NCBI RefSeq assembly: GCF_963506605.1
Contig: NC_083288.1
Coordinates: 29,698,001 to 29,762,000, forward strand
Reading direction: 5' to 3'
Source: Zootoca vivipara
Taxonomy: Eukaryota
Length of the DNA stretch: 64,000 nt
Below are positions 23,371 to 34,443 of the stretch, one piece after another (position 1 is the stretch's first letter; the number at the start of each line of letters is the position of its first letter). A program made the translations under genes and the position numbers. The notes under the pieces are model-generated. The model was not told where the DNA came from, did not search any database, and saw nothing but the letters and a program-made list of their open reading frames with translations.

Positions 23371-24765
23371 CAAGTGCAGCCCTGTAGCCCCAAGCCAGAC
23401 ACATCTTTTGAGTTCTATGGTGGAGATACGTTTATAATGAGTGTTATTGGACTTGGAAGCATTGCTCTGAGTCTGACTTTGTTAATGTAATGGAACGTTG
23501 ACACCCTCACCCTCACCCTCATGTGGGAGTTGATGAGGAGCAGAGGTCTTCAGTAGGGTTGTTTGTTTGTGGCCCTTGGAAGATTGATTTGAATGTTGCT
23601 ATTTCAATCCCCCCCTTCACAAAAATCAATGCAACATGATTTACTATGTAACAGTAAATATTTCTTTTATAGAAACGTACCCACATTTTGTGCACAGTTC
23701 CTTGTTTCACTCCTCTCTTTGTCTAACAAGGTCACAAAACAAATGTTGATTTTTATTTTTATTTTTTTAAAAACTCCCCAAATAGAAATACTCCTTTTTG
23801 CTTCTTTGGTTACCTGCTAAGAATTGCGAGGGGGATGAACCTTCAAGGAAACAGCTCTGCTTGTGCTCAGTATGCAATCTGGCATTTAGAAGGTTTACCA
23901 GGCTACTAGGTCTATCCTGTGGCAGAATTACTAATGTTGTGCTATGGATGTACTAAGGAGTGGTAGACTTTAGGCTCTCAGTTGTGCCCTGTGGAACTCT
24001 AAAATTTGGTGCCTCTCCCACCTCTTGTGCTCCATTCTACAACATTGCTGTGGCACTCCCTGTGGTGTGGCACCCAGTGCAAGTGAAGCAGTCACACTAA
24101 AACCACCTCTGGGCTATGGTTGCATGCTAATTCCTCTTTACTAATCGACAGAAATGTCTCTAAGTTCAGATAGGAGGGTAATGAATGTATAGAAAACAGG
24201 AAAAAAATTGTGTGTGGCTTTGGAGACCCCCCCCTTTTTTTTGCTTGTTATTCTTCTTGGTCGGACAATGACCTGTTTCCCATTACAGACCAGCCGCCAT
24301 TGGGTTTTGCCCCAAACAAATTTTCTTAAAATAATAATAAAAAGGAAACACCAATAACATGAGATGCATCTTTGACTGATTTATTTATTTATAAAATTTA
24401 GAAACCATTTACTACAAAAAAATTGTCCAAGTGGTGCCCAAGTACAATTATATATAAAACACGCAGATCAAATACAAATATGCATAAGACCATATGTAAT
24501 CAATATATATTAAAAGAACAAAAGAAACCCCCAATGCATTTGATACAGTGCTTACAATGAACATAATGTCCATGTTTACTTTGCCATCCTCATTTACCTG
24601 TCTACAGTGAGCTTAGAGATGACTAGCGTTACTAGCAGAAGTACAAAACATGAAGTTAACATTTTTTTTCTTTGTGTATAAAATGGTGAAGCAATGACAT
24701 ATGAAAATGTATTATCTCTTGAAAAAGTACCATTTTTTTAATATTCTTATAGTGATGACCTGGGT

Positions 24766-24910
24766 AGAATGATAGGATCATAGACTAGTTGGAAAGGACC
24801 ACAGCAGTCATCCTGCCCAAGTCCCTGCAATGCAGGAATCTTTCACCCAACATGGGGCTTGAACCCACGATCCTGTGATTAAGTGTCTCAAGTTCTACTG
24901 ACTGAGCTAT
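24766..24910 (-). mobile_element. tRNA-Lys-derived SINE with CR1-type tail
   Basis: Reverse complement TAGCTCAGTCAGTAGAACTTGAGACACTTAATCACAGGATCGTGGGTTCAAGCCCCATGTTGGG resembles tRNA-Lys(CTT), followed by a CR1 3' tail. Confidence 0.75.
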
Positions 24911-25149
24911 GTGGCTCTCTGTCACAGCCTCTTCCTGCTCACTAAACCCTGTTGCCTCTTCAGCTTCTGACACATCCTCCTCCCAGTCTGCGCCTTCTTC
25001 TTCCTCTGACCATGCATCATCATCCCACCACCAATCCCCTGGCTCTGAGCCTTCTTCCCCTGGGGGTTCCTTTGTTGGTTCTCCAGCTGGTGCCTCCCAT
25101 CACTGCTCTGCATCTAGCCAGTCCATGGCAGCATACTTCACATAATTAG

Positions 25150-25303
25150 AAAACCTGTCTGTCTGCACTGTGTTTTATTTTTCTGTTGGAAACCACCCAG
25201 AGTGGCTGGGGAAACCCAGCCAGATGGGCGGGGTATAAATAAATTATTGTTGTTGTTATTATTATTATCATTATTATTATTATTATTAGTATTTTATTAT
25301 TAT
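25150..25303 (+). mobile_element. LINE (L2-like) 3' tail with (TTA)n
   Basis: CCCAGCCAGATGGGCGGGGTATAAATAAA(TTA)n; a shorter copy lies at about 10641-10700. Confidence 0.55.
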
Positions 25304-25382
25304 TCAGGGCCAAGATCCCAGTGGTCTTTCGTACTCTGGCTGACACCAGAGGCCATATTGGACTTGCTTTCAGCAGCATCAG

Positions 25383-25493
25383 TGTTATGTACTGAGCTGA
25401 ATCCTAGAACAATAGGATCCTGAATGCAGCAGTCTGATTGGTCCGCAGGAGCCACCCAATCCAGCTCCAGCTCTCGACTCCGAGTATATTTCA
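25383..25493 (+). mobile_element. Internally deleted Gypsy solo LTR
   Basis: TGTTATGTACTGAGCTGAATCC...CTCGACTCCGAGTATATTTCA, same termini as the LTR at 33003-33378. Perfect 5-bp TSD ATCAG. Confidence 0.85.
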
Positions 25494-25499
25494 ATCAGC

Positions 25500-26870
25500 A
25501 TTTTTGGTTCATCGGGTCCTCCCTAACAAGAGGGCAGGTGTTGTGGTGTGATCTGGCAACCAGACCCTGTGTTGTGGGTGGGAACGTTTGGATGCCACAA
25601 CACCCTACTGGAGGTCCCTTGATCCTGGGTGCAATCAGACCAATGGGATGCCAGCAAATTTGTATTGAGGGACCTCTATTTAAGGCCATGCACGTGTTCC
25701 TTAGCTTCCTCTTTTTGGCCAGTGCATTGGAACACCCGTCCACCTCTCCCTATATTTAGGGCTTGCACTTGACCTTGCTATGCCGTCATGTGTCGCCTGC
25801 CATTGGGACAGGGGCACGGCAGGAATTTTCCCCACTTGGCTGATTGGCTGGTGCCATTTGGGTTTCGCCTGCTACGTAGCAAATCGTCACAACTTGTAAG
25901 GATCTGGATAGGCTCTGGTTCAGGTGATAGGGGTGGCAGAGTGGTCTGGCCACCCCTAAGTGATGGGTATTCCATTAAAGGAATCATGGGAATCATGGGA
26001 TTCTTGGTTGGTCTTTCCTGAGAGGCCCGGAGCCAGAGTCTAGGGGGACATCTGGCTGGTGGACTGGTTGGACATCGCCTTCCACTATGCCGGGTGTTTA
26101 CCCAAGGCTGACCTATGGTGTGCCCAGGGTCAGCGCTGCCTGCAAGGGTGCAGGGAGCTAGTCGATCCAGAGCCTATGCAACCACTCACTTGATTGTAAT
26201 CAATAAAGTTGTGGCCTAAATTCTGCCAAAAACCAAACCTAAAATTTGAGTCTTGTCTGAATTTATTTGGGGAAGGTTAAAGGGTCTACACGCGCAAAGC
26301 CCATTACCCTCCATAGAGGATAATGGGGGTTGCAGAAGAGCTTAAAGAAATCTGGATGGGGGTGGGCTGCAGGTTAGGCTGAGTTATGTGGCGTGTAGCA
26401 GTATTTGATTGACAGGCTGACCCCTATTTAAGCCCAGCTACTTTCGATTCCAGCTCACTCTTGGCAAGCCTTCGAATCTCCCGCCCGCCTGCCACTTTTT
26501 ATATAGGCTTTAGCCTGACATTGCTTTGCCTTTTCAGGGGTCGCCTGTATTCAGGGGCCCAGTAGGAATTTTGCCACTTGGCTGATTGGCTGTTGCCATT
26601 TGGTTTTTGCCTACTGCTTAGAAAATCGTCACAACTTGTTAGGTTGGCCGTTAGGCTTTGGTTAATAAATTGGTTGTAGGAGGGGTATGGCATTAAATTG
26701 CCTACCCCCCTATTTTGCTCCTCATAGAAGTATTCCATTAAAGGAATCCTGGGGCTCAGGGACGATGGGCCATTACAGAGCCGAGCCTTGGGGAACATTC
26801 CTGGGTTGAGGGGAGAGTGCCTGTGAACAGTACCTCCACTCCCTTGGGGTGTTTACTTGACTTACCTACG
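25500..26870 (+). repeat. Two adjacent copies of the unclassified dispersed repeat family
   Basis: AAATCGTCACAACTTGT at 25881 and about 26623, AATAAAGTTGTGGCC at 26202-26216. Homologous to 52150-52730 and, inverted, to 31460-33560. Confidence 0.6.
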
Positions 26871-27241
26871 CATAGGTCCTGATGTAGAAGCATGGAAAGG
26901 TGTGAAAACAGAATCTTTGAAATTTTAACTTTGGTGAACTAAAACACAAGCCATAAGAAATGATTTGTTTGTGTGTGTTTCTTTTAAATCAGAGGCTGAT
27001 TAAGATAATCTGCTTTAAAGTAGTTTCCAAATGTCCCACTTTTAAACATTCTATTGCTTCCAAATGTGCAATATTAAAGCCACAATAATGCTTAGGTCTA
27101 AAGCAGGGGTGGAGTTTTCAGCCAAGCACCATATTACATCACTGGAAACCTTCAGGGGCCATGTACCATGTCTAGAGGGGAAAACAGCAAAATTGGGAGT
27201 AGCAATGACTGTGAATTTTACCTCTGCATAATAGTCTAGTT

Positions 27242-27563
27242 CAGGAGTCAGCGAACTTTTTCAGCAGGGGGCCGGTCCACTGTCCCTCAGACCTTGTGGG
27301 GGGCCGGACTATATTTTGAAAAATATATATGAATGAATTCATATGCCCTACAAATAACCCAGAGATGCATTTTAAATAAAAGGACACATTCTACTCATGT
27401 AAAAAAACAATGCAGGCCCCACAAATAACCCAGAGATGCATTTTAAATAAAAGAACACATTCTACTCATGTAAAAACATGCTGATTCCCAAACCGTCCGC
27501 GGGCCGGATTTAGAAGGTGATTGGGCCACATCCGGCCCCCAGGCCTTAGTTTGGTAGCCCCTC
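27242..27563. mobile_element. hAT MITE nested in an older repeat
   Basis: CAGGAGTCAGCGAACT...AGTTTGGTAGCCCCT, 8-bp TSD GTCTAGTT/GTCAAGTT, internal tandem duplication of about 70 bp. Empty site in related sequence at about 36205. Confidence 0.75.
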
Positions 27564-27845
27564 GTCAAGTTTCTACACTCTCACACAACCCTCTGTAAGC
27601 TCCAGCTACAAAAAAGGGGCATTATCAGATCTCAAGGACTCATTCCAGCCAGTGAAAGCATTCAAAGAATGTGTGAGTCAGGGTTGGGGAGGGAGTTTGG
27701 TTGGTGAGGATGTGCAGAGAGTTTCAAGAGCCAAGTAAAGAGGCATTGGCCTCCACAACTGAGTATCTAAAGGATATCCGTATAAAATCCTCTCATCTTC
27801 ATTTGGGGTATTAATGTGTGTTGTACTGTTATATCTCTCAGTTTA

Positions 27846-28916
27846 GAATAATAGAATCATAGAGTTGGAAGAGACCACAAGGGCCATCCAGTCCAACCCC
27901 CTGCCAAGCAGGAAATGCCATCAAAGCATTCCTGACAGATGGCTGTCAAGCCTCCGCTTAAAAACCTCCAAAGAAGGAGACTCCACCACACTCCTTGGCA
28001 GCAAATTCCACTGTCGAACAGCTCTTACTGTCAGGAAGTTCTTCCTAATGTTTAGGTGGAATCTTCTTTCTTGTAGCTTGAATCCATTGCTCCGTGTCCG
28101 CTTCTCTGGAGCAGCAGAAAACAACCCTTCACCCTCTTCTATATGACATCCTTTTATATATTTGAGCATGGCTATCATATCACCCCTTAACCCTCTCTTC
28201 TCCAGGCTAAACATACCCAGCTCCTTAAGCCGTTCCTCAGAAGGCATCGTTTCCAGGCCTTTGGCCATTTTGGTTGCCCTCCTCTGGACACGTTCCAGCT
28301 TGTCAATATCCGTCTTGAACTGTGGTGCCCAGAACTGGACACAGTATTCCAGGTGAGGTCTGACCAGAGCAGAATACAGTGGTCCTATTACTTCCCTTGA
28401 TCTATTGATGCAGCCCAGAATTGCATTGGCTTTTTTAGCTGCTGCATCACACTGTTGACTCATGTCAAGTTTGTGGTCTACCAGGACTCCTAGATCCTTT
28501 TCACATGTACTACTGTCAAGCCAGGTGTCACCCATCCTGTATTTGTGCCTTTCATTTTTTTTTGCCCAAGTGTAGTACTTTACATTTCTCCTTGTTAAAA
28601 TTCATCTTGTTTGCTTTGGCCCAGTTGTCAATCTGTTAAGGTCATTTTGAAGTGTGATTCTGTCCTCTGGGGTATTAGCCACCCCTCCCAATTTGGTGTC
28701 ATCTGCAAACTTGCTCAGGATGCCCTCAAGCCCATCATCCAAGTCATTGATAAAGATGTTGAATAAGACTGGGCCCAAGAGAGAACCCCGTGGCACCCCA
28801 CTAGTCTCTCCAGGATGAGAAGGAACCATTGATGAGCACCATTTTGATCTGGTCAGCCAGCCAGTTACAAATCCACTGAATGGTAGCATTGTCTAGCCCA
28901 CATTTTACCAGCTTCT
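27846..28916 (-). mobile_element. CR1 LINE, 5'-truncated (RT C-terminus and 3' UTR)
   Basis: ORF fragments [45 protein letters not shown]; CR1 tail at the left end. Confidence 0.92.
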
Positions 28917-29821
28917 GTTTAGTTAGACTGTGGTAAGCTTATTCTAGTCATGCTCCCCTATAAAACATTTAATCCCACTTTTCCAAGGATGAAGGCACAA
29001 TAGAAACCATGTTTGATTATTGTGCACCTGTTCTTCCCCAATGACCATTTGCTTATCCAGTCTCCACCTATGGCTTTACTGCCAATTCTGCTAAATATAA
29101 ACTGCACGGGAAGACCAGTGGTGGGATGTGGGGTCATTGGAAAGCAGGAGTAATGGCTACATAAGGACCATTCTGCATCCTGCTTTCTATATGTATATGG
29201 TTTTGTGAGGAGGGGAAAATAGCATCTATATAAAGGTACTCACAAATTGTGAATTAAAAACAAGTGAATAAGCCAAAATTCACAGCACCTACAGTAAAGG
29301 TGTACAAGCGTACAGGTAACCTGAAATAGATTACATTTTAACTATCAATTTGCATTTCCAAGGGATTATAATTAATTCAAATAATAATGAAAGAGAAAAA
29401 TGAAAATATGTTATTATTTGTCATTCAATACTAGCATTTGTGTTAAATCAGTTTTAGGTTGTCTTGATTTCAAATGGAAATTGCAGTCCTATCCACAATA
29501 ATCTGCCACTGTGCCTAGGTTTAAGAACAGCCCTGTTTACAAACGATTCTGTTTACGAACTCCGCAAAACCAGAAATAGTATCCCGGTGTAGCTATAGAG
29601 GCAGCGGTGGTACTTCAACAACATCTGCAGAGCTACAGATTAGTCACTGCTGGTATAATGCCTGATATACATAAATGAATTCAGCATGCAATATAAGGCT
29701 ACAATCCAATGTACACTTTCCTGGGATTAATTCCATTCAATCCAATGATACCTGTTTCTGAGAAAACAAATATACGGCAAACAAATCTTATGCAAACCAT
29801 TTAGGCAACTGAAACTGTTTC

Positions 29822-30775
29822 CTAAAATGAAGAGTGGATTTTCCCTAAGAACTGGGGGGAAATATTGACAAGCAGCTTCCAGAATGCCATTTTGAGCTCC
29901 CTGTTTCTTATACTATAGATGACCGGGTTCATTACTGGTGGCACCATGCAGTAGAACATAGAAACCAAGAGGTCAAATGCTGATGGGGATCCAGATGTTG
30001 GTTTTAGGTAGACAAACATGCCACTTACCATAAACAGGGAGATAACAAAAAAATGAGGCAAGCAAGTTGAAAAGACTTTTTGCTTCCCTTGACTGGATGG
30101 GATTCTCAGAACAGTTCTAAAGATCTGAACATAAGAAAAAACAATTAGAAAAAAGTAAACAAAGCCAAAACAAGACCCCAGAATCAGAACCCGGACTTCG
30201 TTGATATATGAGTCAAAGCAAGAAATCTTTAGTAGTTGTGGGATTTCACAGAAGAATTGATTGATGACATTAGAACAGAACTCCACAGTGAATGTAGTTC
30301 CAGTGTGCATTGCTGAATAGAAAAGTCCACCGATCCAGACACTGGTTGCCATCTGAATGCAGGCTTTCTTGTTCATGACAGTCTCATAATGCAGTGGATT
30401 GCAGATGGCAACATAGCGATCATATGCCATAACACCAAGGAGGAGGTAGTGGGAGATCAGGAAGAAAACTAGGAAGAAAACTTGACAGACACATCCAGAG
30501 TAAGAGATAGCTTGGGTCTTCATCAAGGAATTTGCAATGGACTTGGGAACTGTAACCGATATGGAACCAAAATCTTGCAATGACAGGTTGGCCAGAAAGA
30601 AGTACATGGGTGTATGAAGCTGGTGGCTATAGATGATGACTGTGATGATGAGAAGGTTTTCTATCAAGGCCACCAAATACATTGTGACAAAAAAAATAAT
30701 GTGGAATATCTGCAGCTCCTGAATTTCAGAGAATCCGAGCAGAAGGAATCCATTCACTCTTGACTGGTTCAACAT
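29822..30775 (-). CDS. Olfactory receptor, class II, family 14-like (OR locus 5)
   Basis: Intact 317-aa 7TM ORF with all OR motifs; close paralogue of locus 4. Confidence 0.95.
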   Translation of the reverse strand: MLNQSRVNGFLLLGFSEIQELQIFHIIFFVTMYLVALIENLLIITVIIYSHQLHTPMYFFLANLSLQDFGSISVTVPKSIANSLMKTQAISYSGCVCQVFFLVFFLISHYLLLGVMAYDRYVAICNPLHYETVMNKKACIQMATSVWIGGLFYSAMHTGTTFTVEFCSNVINQFFCEIPQLLKISCFDSYINEVRVLILGSCFGFVYFFLIVFSYVQIFRTVLRIPSSQGKQKVFSTCLPHFFVISLFMVSGMFVYLKPTSGSPSAFDLLVSMFYCMVPPVMNPVIYSIRNRELKMAFWKLLVNISPQFLGKIHSSF

Positions 30776-32061
30776 TGTATTGTTCAGAGTTCTATTTGGT
30801 ACCTGTGAAAAGAAAGATGCCAGGCGACTTCCTTTTTCATTTGATTGTATCTATTTGTGAAATTGAGTGGTGCTCTTTGGACAAAATATCTCTCCCTTTC
30901 TGGCAGTGGTGATGGAGATAAAAACTGTACTAATGAACTTTATTGATATCTCATTTTAATTGCACCCAGAAGGTTCAGTTCTCAGGAGTTAAGTGCAGCT
31001 CAGCAGCACTAAGTCAGACACCTTTTGGGAGTCATATGCTTATAATGACTGATTCAATGGCTATTATTGAACTTGGAAGCATTGTTTTGAAGATGACTCT
31101 GTTTATATGATTGAATGTTGACACCCCCACCCTTTGGAGGGAGCTGAGGAGTAGGAAAGGTCTTTGGTAGGGTTTGTGGTTTGTGGGTGGTATTCCTAGT
31201 TGGGGGGGGGGGGGAGACAAGGTCAAGGACCAGTCTGTATTTTGGGCATGGTGACGGACCTGGATTCGCCTAGCCTGTGGCACTGTGGTCCTAGTGTGAC
31301 TTAAGAATCAACCCTCCTGGTCAACTGACTAAACTGGGCCCATTCATTCATGTATATTGTTGAGCCTTAGGATGGTATTTATTGCTTACTTGACCCAGCA
31401 GGCTTTATATCTGACAGGCCTCTGAATGTATTTGTGTGTCAAGGCTTACCAGAAATCACCCTTAAATAACTCACAACAGACACAATAATTTAGGTTTGGT
31501 TTTTGGCATTAATTTTGGCCACAACTTTATTTAAATACATTTTTTAATCCGAGTGTTGGCTTAGGCTTTTGGTTAACCATTCGTCCCTCCTTAAGAAGGA
31601 CCAATCCCATCTGTCCACTTTGGACAGGACTCAACTCATCTGCCCTCTTGGGGCAGGACTCACATCATCTGCCCCCTTGGGGCAGGACTCACTTCATCTG
31701 TCCACTTGGGACAGGACTCACCACTGTCCACTTGGACAGTACCAGCTCCGACTTCCCCAAGGGTAAAGGGAAGTCAAGTGAACACCCCTGGGAGAGGAGG
31801 TAGCTGAGGCCAGACATTCTCTCCTCTCTTTTTCCAAGAATGTTCCCCAAGGCTCGTACTCTTATAATTGGCCCCTCCAGCCCCGCCTATGGTGGGGATG
31901 TAAGGATGAGAGCGTAAGCCCCGGGATTCCTTTAACGGAATACTTCTATGTGGAGCAACAAAAGGTGTGTGTGGGGGTAGGCATCTGGATGCCACACCCC
32001 TCTTCCAACCAATTCAGTAATCAAAAGCCTAACCGCCAACCTAACAAGTTGTAACAATTTG

Positions 32062-32874
32062 CTAAGCAGTGGGCGAAAACCAAGAGGCAAAGCCAATCAG
32101 CCTGAAATGTACTCGACACACCCGGGCGATGTGTCCCAATTTTCTGCACTGCCTGCACTCTGCGTTGCGGAAACGACAGGTCCTCCTCTCGTGGTTCTCC
32201 CCGCAGCTTGCACAGTTCCCTCCTTCTCGTCGAGGCTGCTGTGGTGTGTGTGCTGCTTGAGTGCGCCGCTGTACTCGGTGTACTTCCTCCCTGTCAGATT
32301 CGGATTCGTCGGTCAGGTCTTCGTGGTAGACCCTCGGTTGGGATGGCGGGGCCGGTCGTGCCTCTTGCGTTGACCTCTCGGCGGCTTCGGTTGCCAGGGC
32401 TTCCTCCAGAGCAATCTGGAACGTGAGGTCTTTTTTGGCGTAGAGGCGTCGTTGCAACATCTCGTCCCTCAGGCCACCGACGAGGCGGTCACGAAGCATG
32501 TTCTCCAACTCTGAGAAGTTGCATAACCGGGCGGCTTGGCGGAGGGAGGTCACAAACCCAGTTATGGTTTCCCCCGGGGCTTGCCGCTTTGCGTAGAAGG
32601 CATTTCGGCAAGCTACCACCGAGGGCTGTGGTGAGAAGTGCTCCTTCAGCCGTTCCATTATTGTTTTGTAAGAGACGGTAGCGACATCTCTAGGTGCAAG
32701 GAGAGCCCGGGCGATTTCAAACGTCTCCTCTCCACAGACGCTGAAGGATGTCGCCCTCTTCATGGCATCGTTGGTGACTTCTTTCGCTTGCAGGAGGAAG
32801 TTGAAACGGGCGGCGTACCCTTCCCAGTCTCCTGATGCTGGTTTGAATGGCGAGAAGCTGCTGTCGGTTGCCAT
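32062..32874 (-). CDS. Gypsy Gag-like ORF (truncated after the zinc knuckles)
   Basis: LRDRLVGGLRD motif and CxxCGxxH...C / CRQCRKLGHIARVC knuckles. The C-terminus runs out of the element into flanking DNA. Confidence 0.8.
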   Translation of the reverse strand: MATDSSFSPFKPASGDWEGYAARFNFLLQAKEVTNDAMKRATSFSVCGEETFEIARALLAPRDVATVSYKTIMERLKEHFSPQPSVVACRNAFYAKRQAPGETITGFVTSLRQAARLCNFSELENMLRDRLVGGLRDEMLQRRLYAKKDLTFQIALEEALATEAAERSTQEARPAPPSQPRVYHEDLTDESESDREEVHRVQRRTQAAHTPQQPRREGGNCASCGENHERRTCRFRNAECRQCRKLGHIARVCRVHFRLIGFASWFSPTA

Positions 32875-33378
32875 TCTGGGTTCCTTGGGTCCTGGAGCTG
32901 AAGCCTGGATGCACGGTGTGATGCAGCGGTGCAGCAGGTGGCGGTGCTGCGGTGCAGTGCGTGGTGGCGGTCAGCTCAGCAGGATCCCACCTTCGTCGCC
33001 AGTGAAATGTACTCGGAGTCGAGAGTGAATTTCATGCTCTTTATTCAGCTCATAGTCATCAAGGAGAAGAGGAGAAGAAGAATGGCTCTTTTCCCCAAAC
33101 CATCTGCTTATATACATTATTTACACAATGGGCCTTGCGTGATTGGCTACTTCAGGGCTACACCTGTGGGCCAATTATATTGTGGATTGACTTCTGCCTG
33201 CAGCCTGATTGGCTGCTCCTACAGGCCAATCAGGTAGCAGATTCACTTCTGCCAGCCGCCTGATTGGCTGCTCCAGCAGGCCAATCAGGTTGCGGATTCA
33301 CTTCCACCTGGAGTTGGATTGGGTAGCTCCCGCTGATTCTGAATCCTATTGTTCTAGGATTCAGCTCAGTACATAACA
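32103..33378 (-). mobile_element. Ty3/Gypsy LTR retrotransposon, internally deleted (5' LTR, PBS, gag, last 13 bp of the 3' LTR)
   Basis: LTR 33003-33378 (TG...CA), PBS 32984-33001 complementary to the tRNA-Ser(GCU) 3' end, perfect 5-bp TSD CAGCC (32098-32102, 33379-33383). Confidence 0.9.
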
Positions 33379-33972
33379 CAGCCAATTGGGAAAATTCCTA
33401 CTGGGCCCCTGAATACAGGCGACCCCTTGAAAGGCAAAGCAATGTCAGGCTAAAACCTGTAAAAGAAAGCGGCAGGTGGGAGGGAGATTCAAACGCCAAG
33501 GCAAGAGTGATAAGAAAATGGAGGAACTGAGTTTAAATGGGGGCCCCCTCCACCAATCCCATTACATGCATTTAAATAACCACACCCCTATTACTCAGCA
33601 AGAGCTGTGGCCTAGGCCCCAGCCAAACCCTTATTAGATTTCTTACCGGCCCTACCACAACTTGCTTTATATTTAATGATATAAAGCGCTTTTTGAGCTG
33701 GATAAGGCCCTCAAATGAACCAGGCCTACTAGAGGCCATCTAATTCCAGATAGGCTCCAGGTCTCGTTGGGGTCTCGTCCATTCACTATGTGGTAAGGAC
33801 CAGTCAGCATCGGGATTCATCCACCTATTAAGGGAGGTCTACCTCCTTTGAGGTTTTTTGGTGAGATCAAGAGTGGGCTCCTGGATTTTCTGGGATTGGC
33901 CTGACTTTCATTAGCAAGGGATCTTTCATTTGGAAAGATTCCCAATGTTGCACCTTTTCAGTGTGGCTATGT

Positions 33973-33975
<3 letters not shown>

Positions 33976-34030
<55 letters not shown>

Positions 34031-34033
34031 TGT
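33976..34033. repeat. Compound (CT)n(GT)n microsatellite
   Basis: Read directly from the sequence. Confidence 0.95.
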
Positions 34034-34134
34034 TTGCAAGTCCTGTTCATGAGTTCCCAGAAACTATAAGCAGCTAAATAGAACTCCTCCTCTCCCATAG
34101 ACCTCCTCCTCTCTAGCAGAGCACACAGCTGCAT

Positions 34135-34224
34135 CATAGCTGCCAAGTTTTCCCTTTTCTCACGAGGAAGCCTATTCAGCATGAGGGAAAATCCCTTAAA
34201 AAAAGGGATAACTTGGCAGCTATG
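34135..34224. mobile_element. 90-bp hAT MITE
   Basis: TIR CATAGCTGCCAAGTT, perfect 8-bp TSD AGCTGCAT, empty site at about 41869. Confidence 0.9.
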
Positions 34225-34443
34225 AGCTGCATTCATAATCTAACTCTCCAAATCAAGCCTCCAAACAGCCCAGAAAAGTGCCCACTCTGTTATTTTGAAT
34301 GAATAGCAATATATAAATATGCAAATAAATAAACAGCTGAAATGCTTATTCTTATTCTCCCCTTGCTATCAAAAGTTCAGCATGTGGGGCATGCCACTTG
34401 TTATATTCGAGTCTTATACAGACAGAACACTCAAGCATTCTGT

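Larger units (their letters stand above)
31460..33560 (-). repeat. Unclassified dispersed repeat copy hosting the Gypsy insertion
   Basis: GGCCACAACTTTATT at 31517-31531. The sequence on both sides of the Gypsy TSD is continuous with the reverse complement of 26480-26650. Contains about 30-bp tandem repeats at 31608-31745. Confidence 0.6.

Noticed and set aside
24840-24910. Functional tRNA-Lys gene
   Set aside because: The 5' acceptor stem is missing, stems have mismatches, and it is fused to a CR1-type tail, so it is a SINE head.
31608-31745. About 30-bp repeats as a CRISPR or regulatory array
   Set aside because: Degenerate minisatellite with no unique spacers, inside a dispersed repeat.
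32062-32874. Domesticated Gag gene
   Set aside because: It is still embedded in LTR, PBS and perfect TSDs, which indicates a young insertion; no evidence of host conservation is visible.
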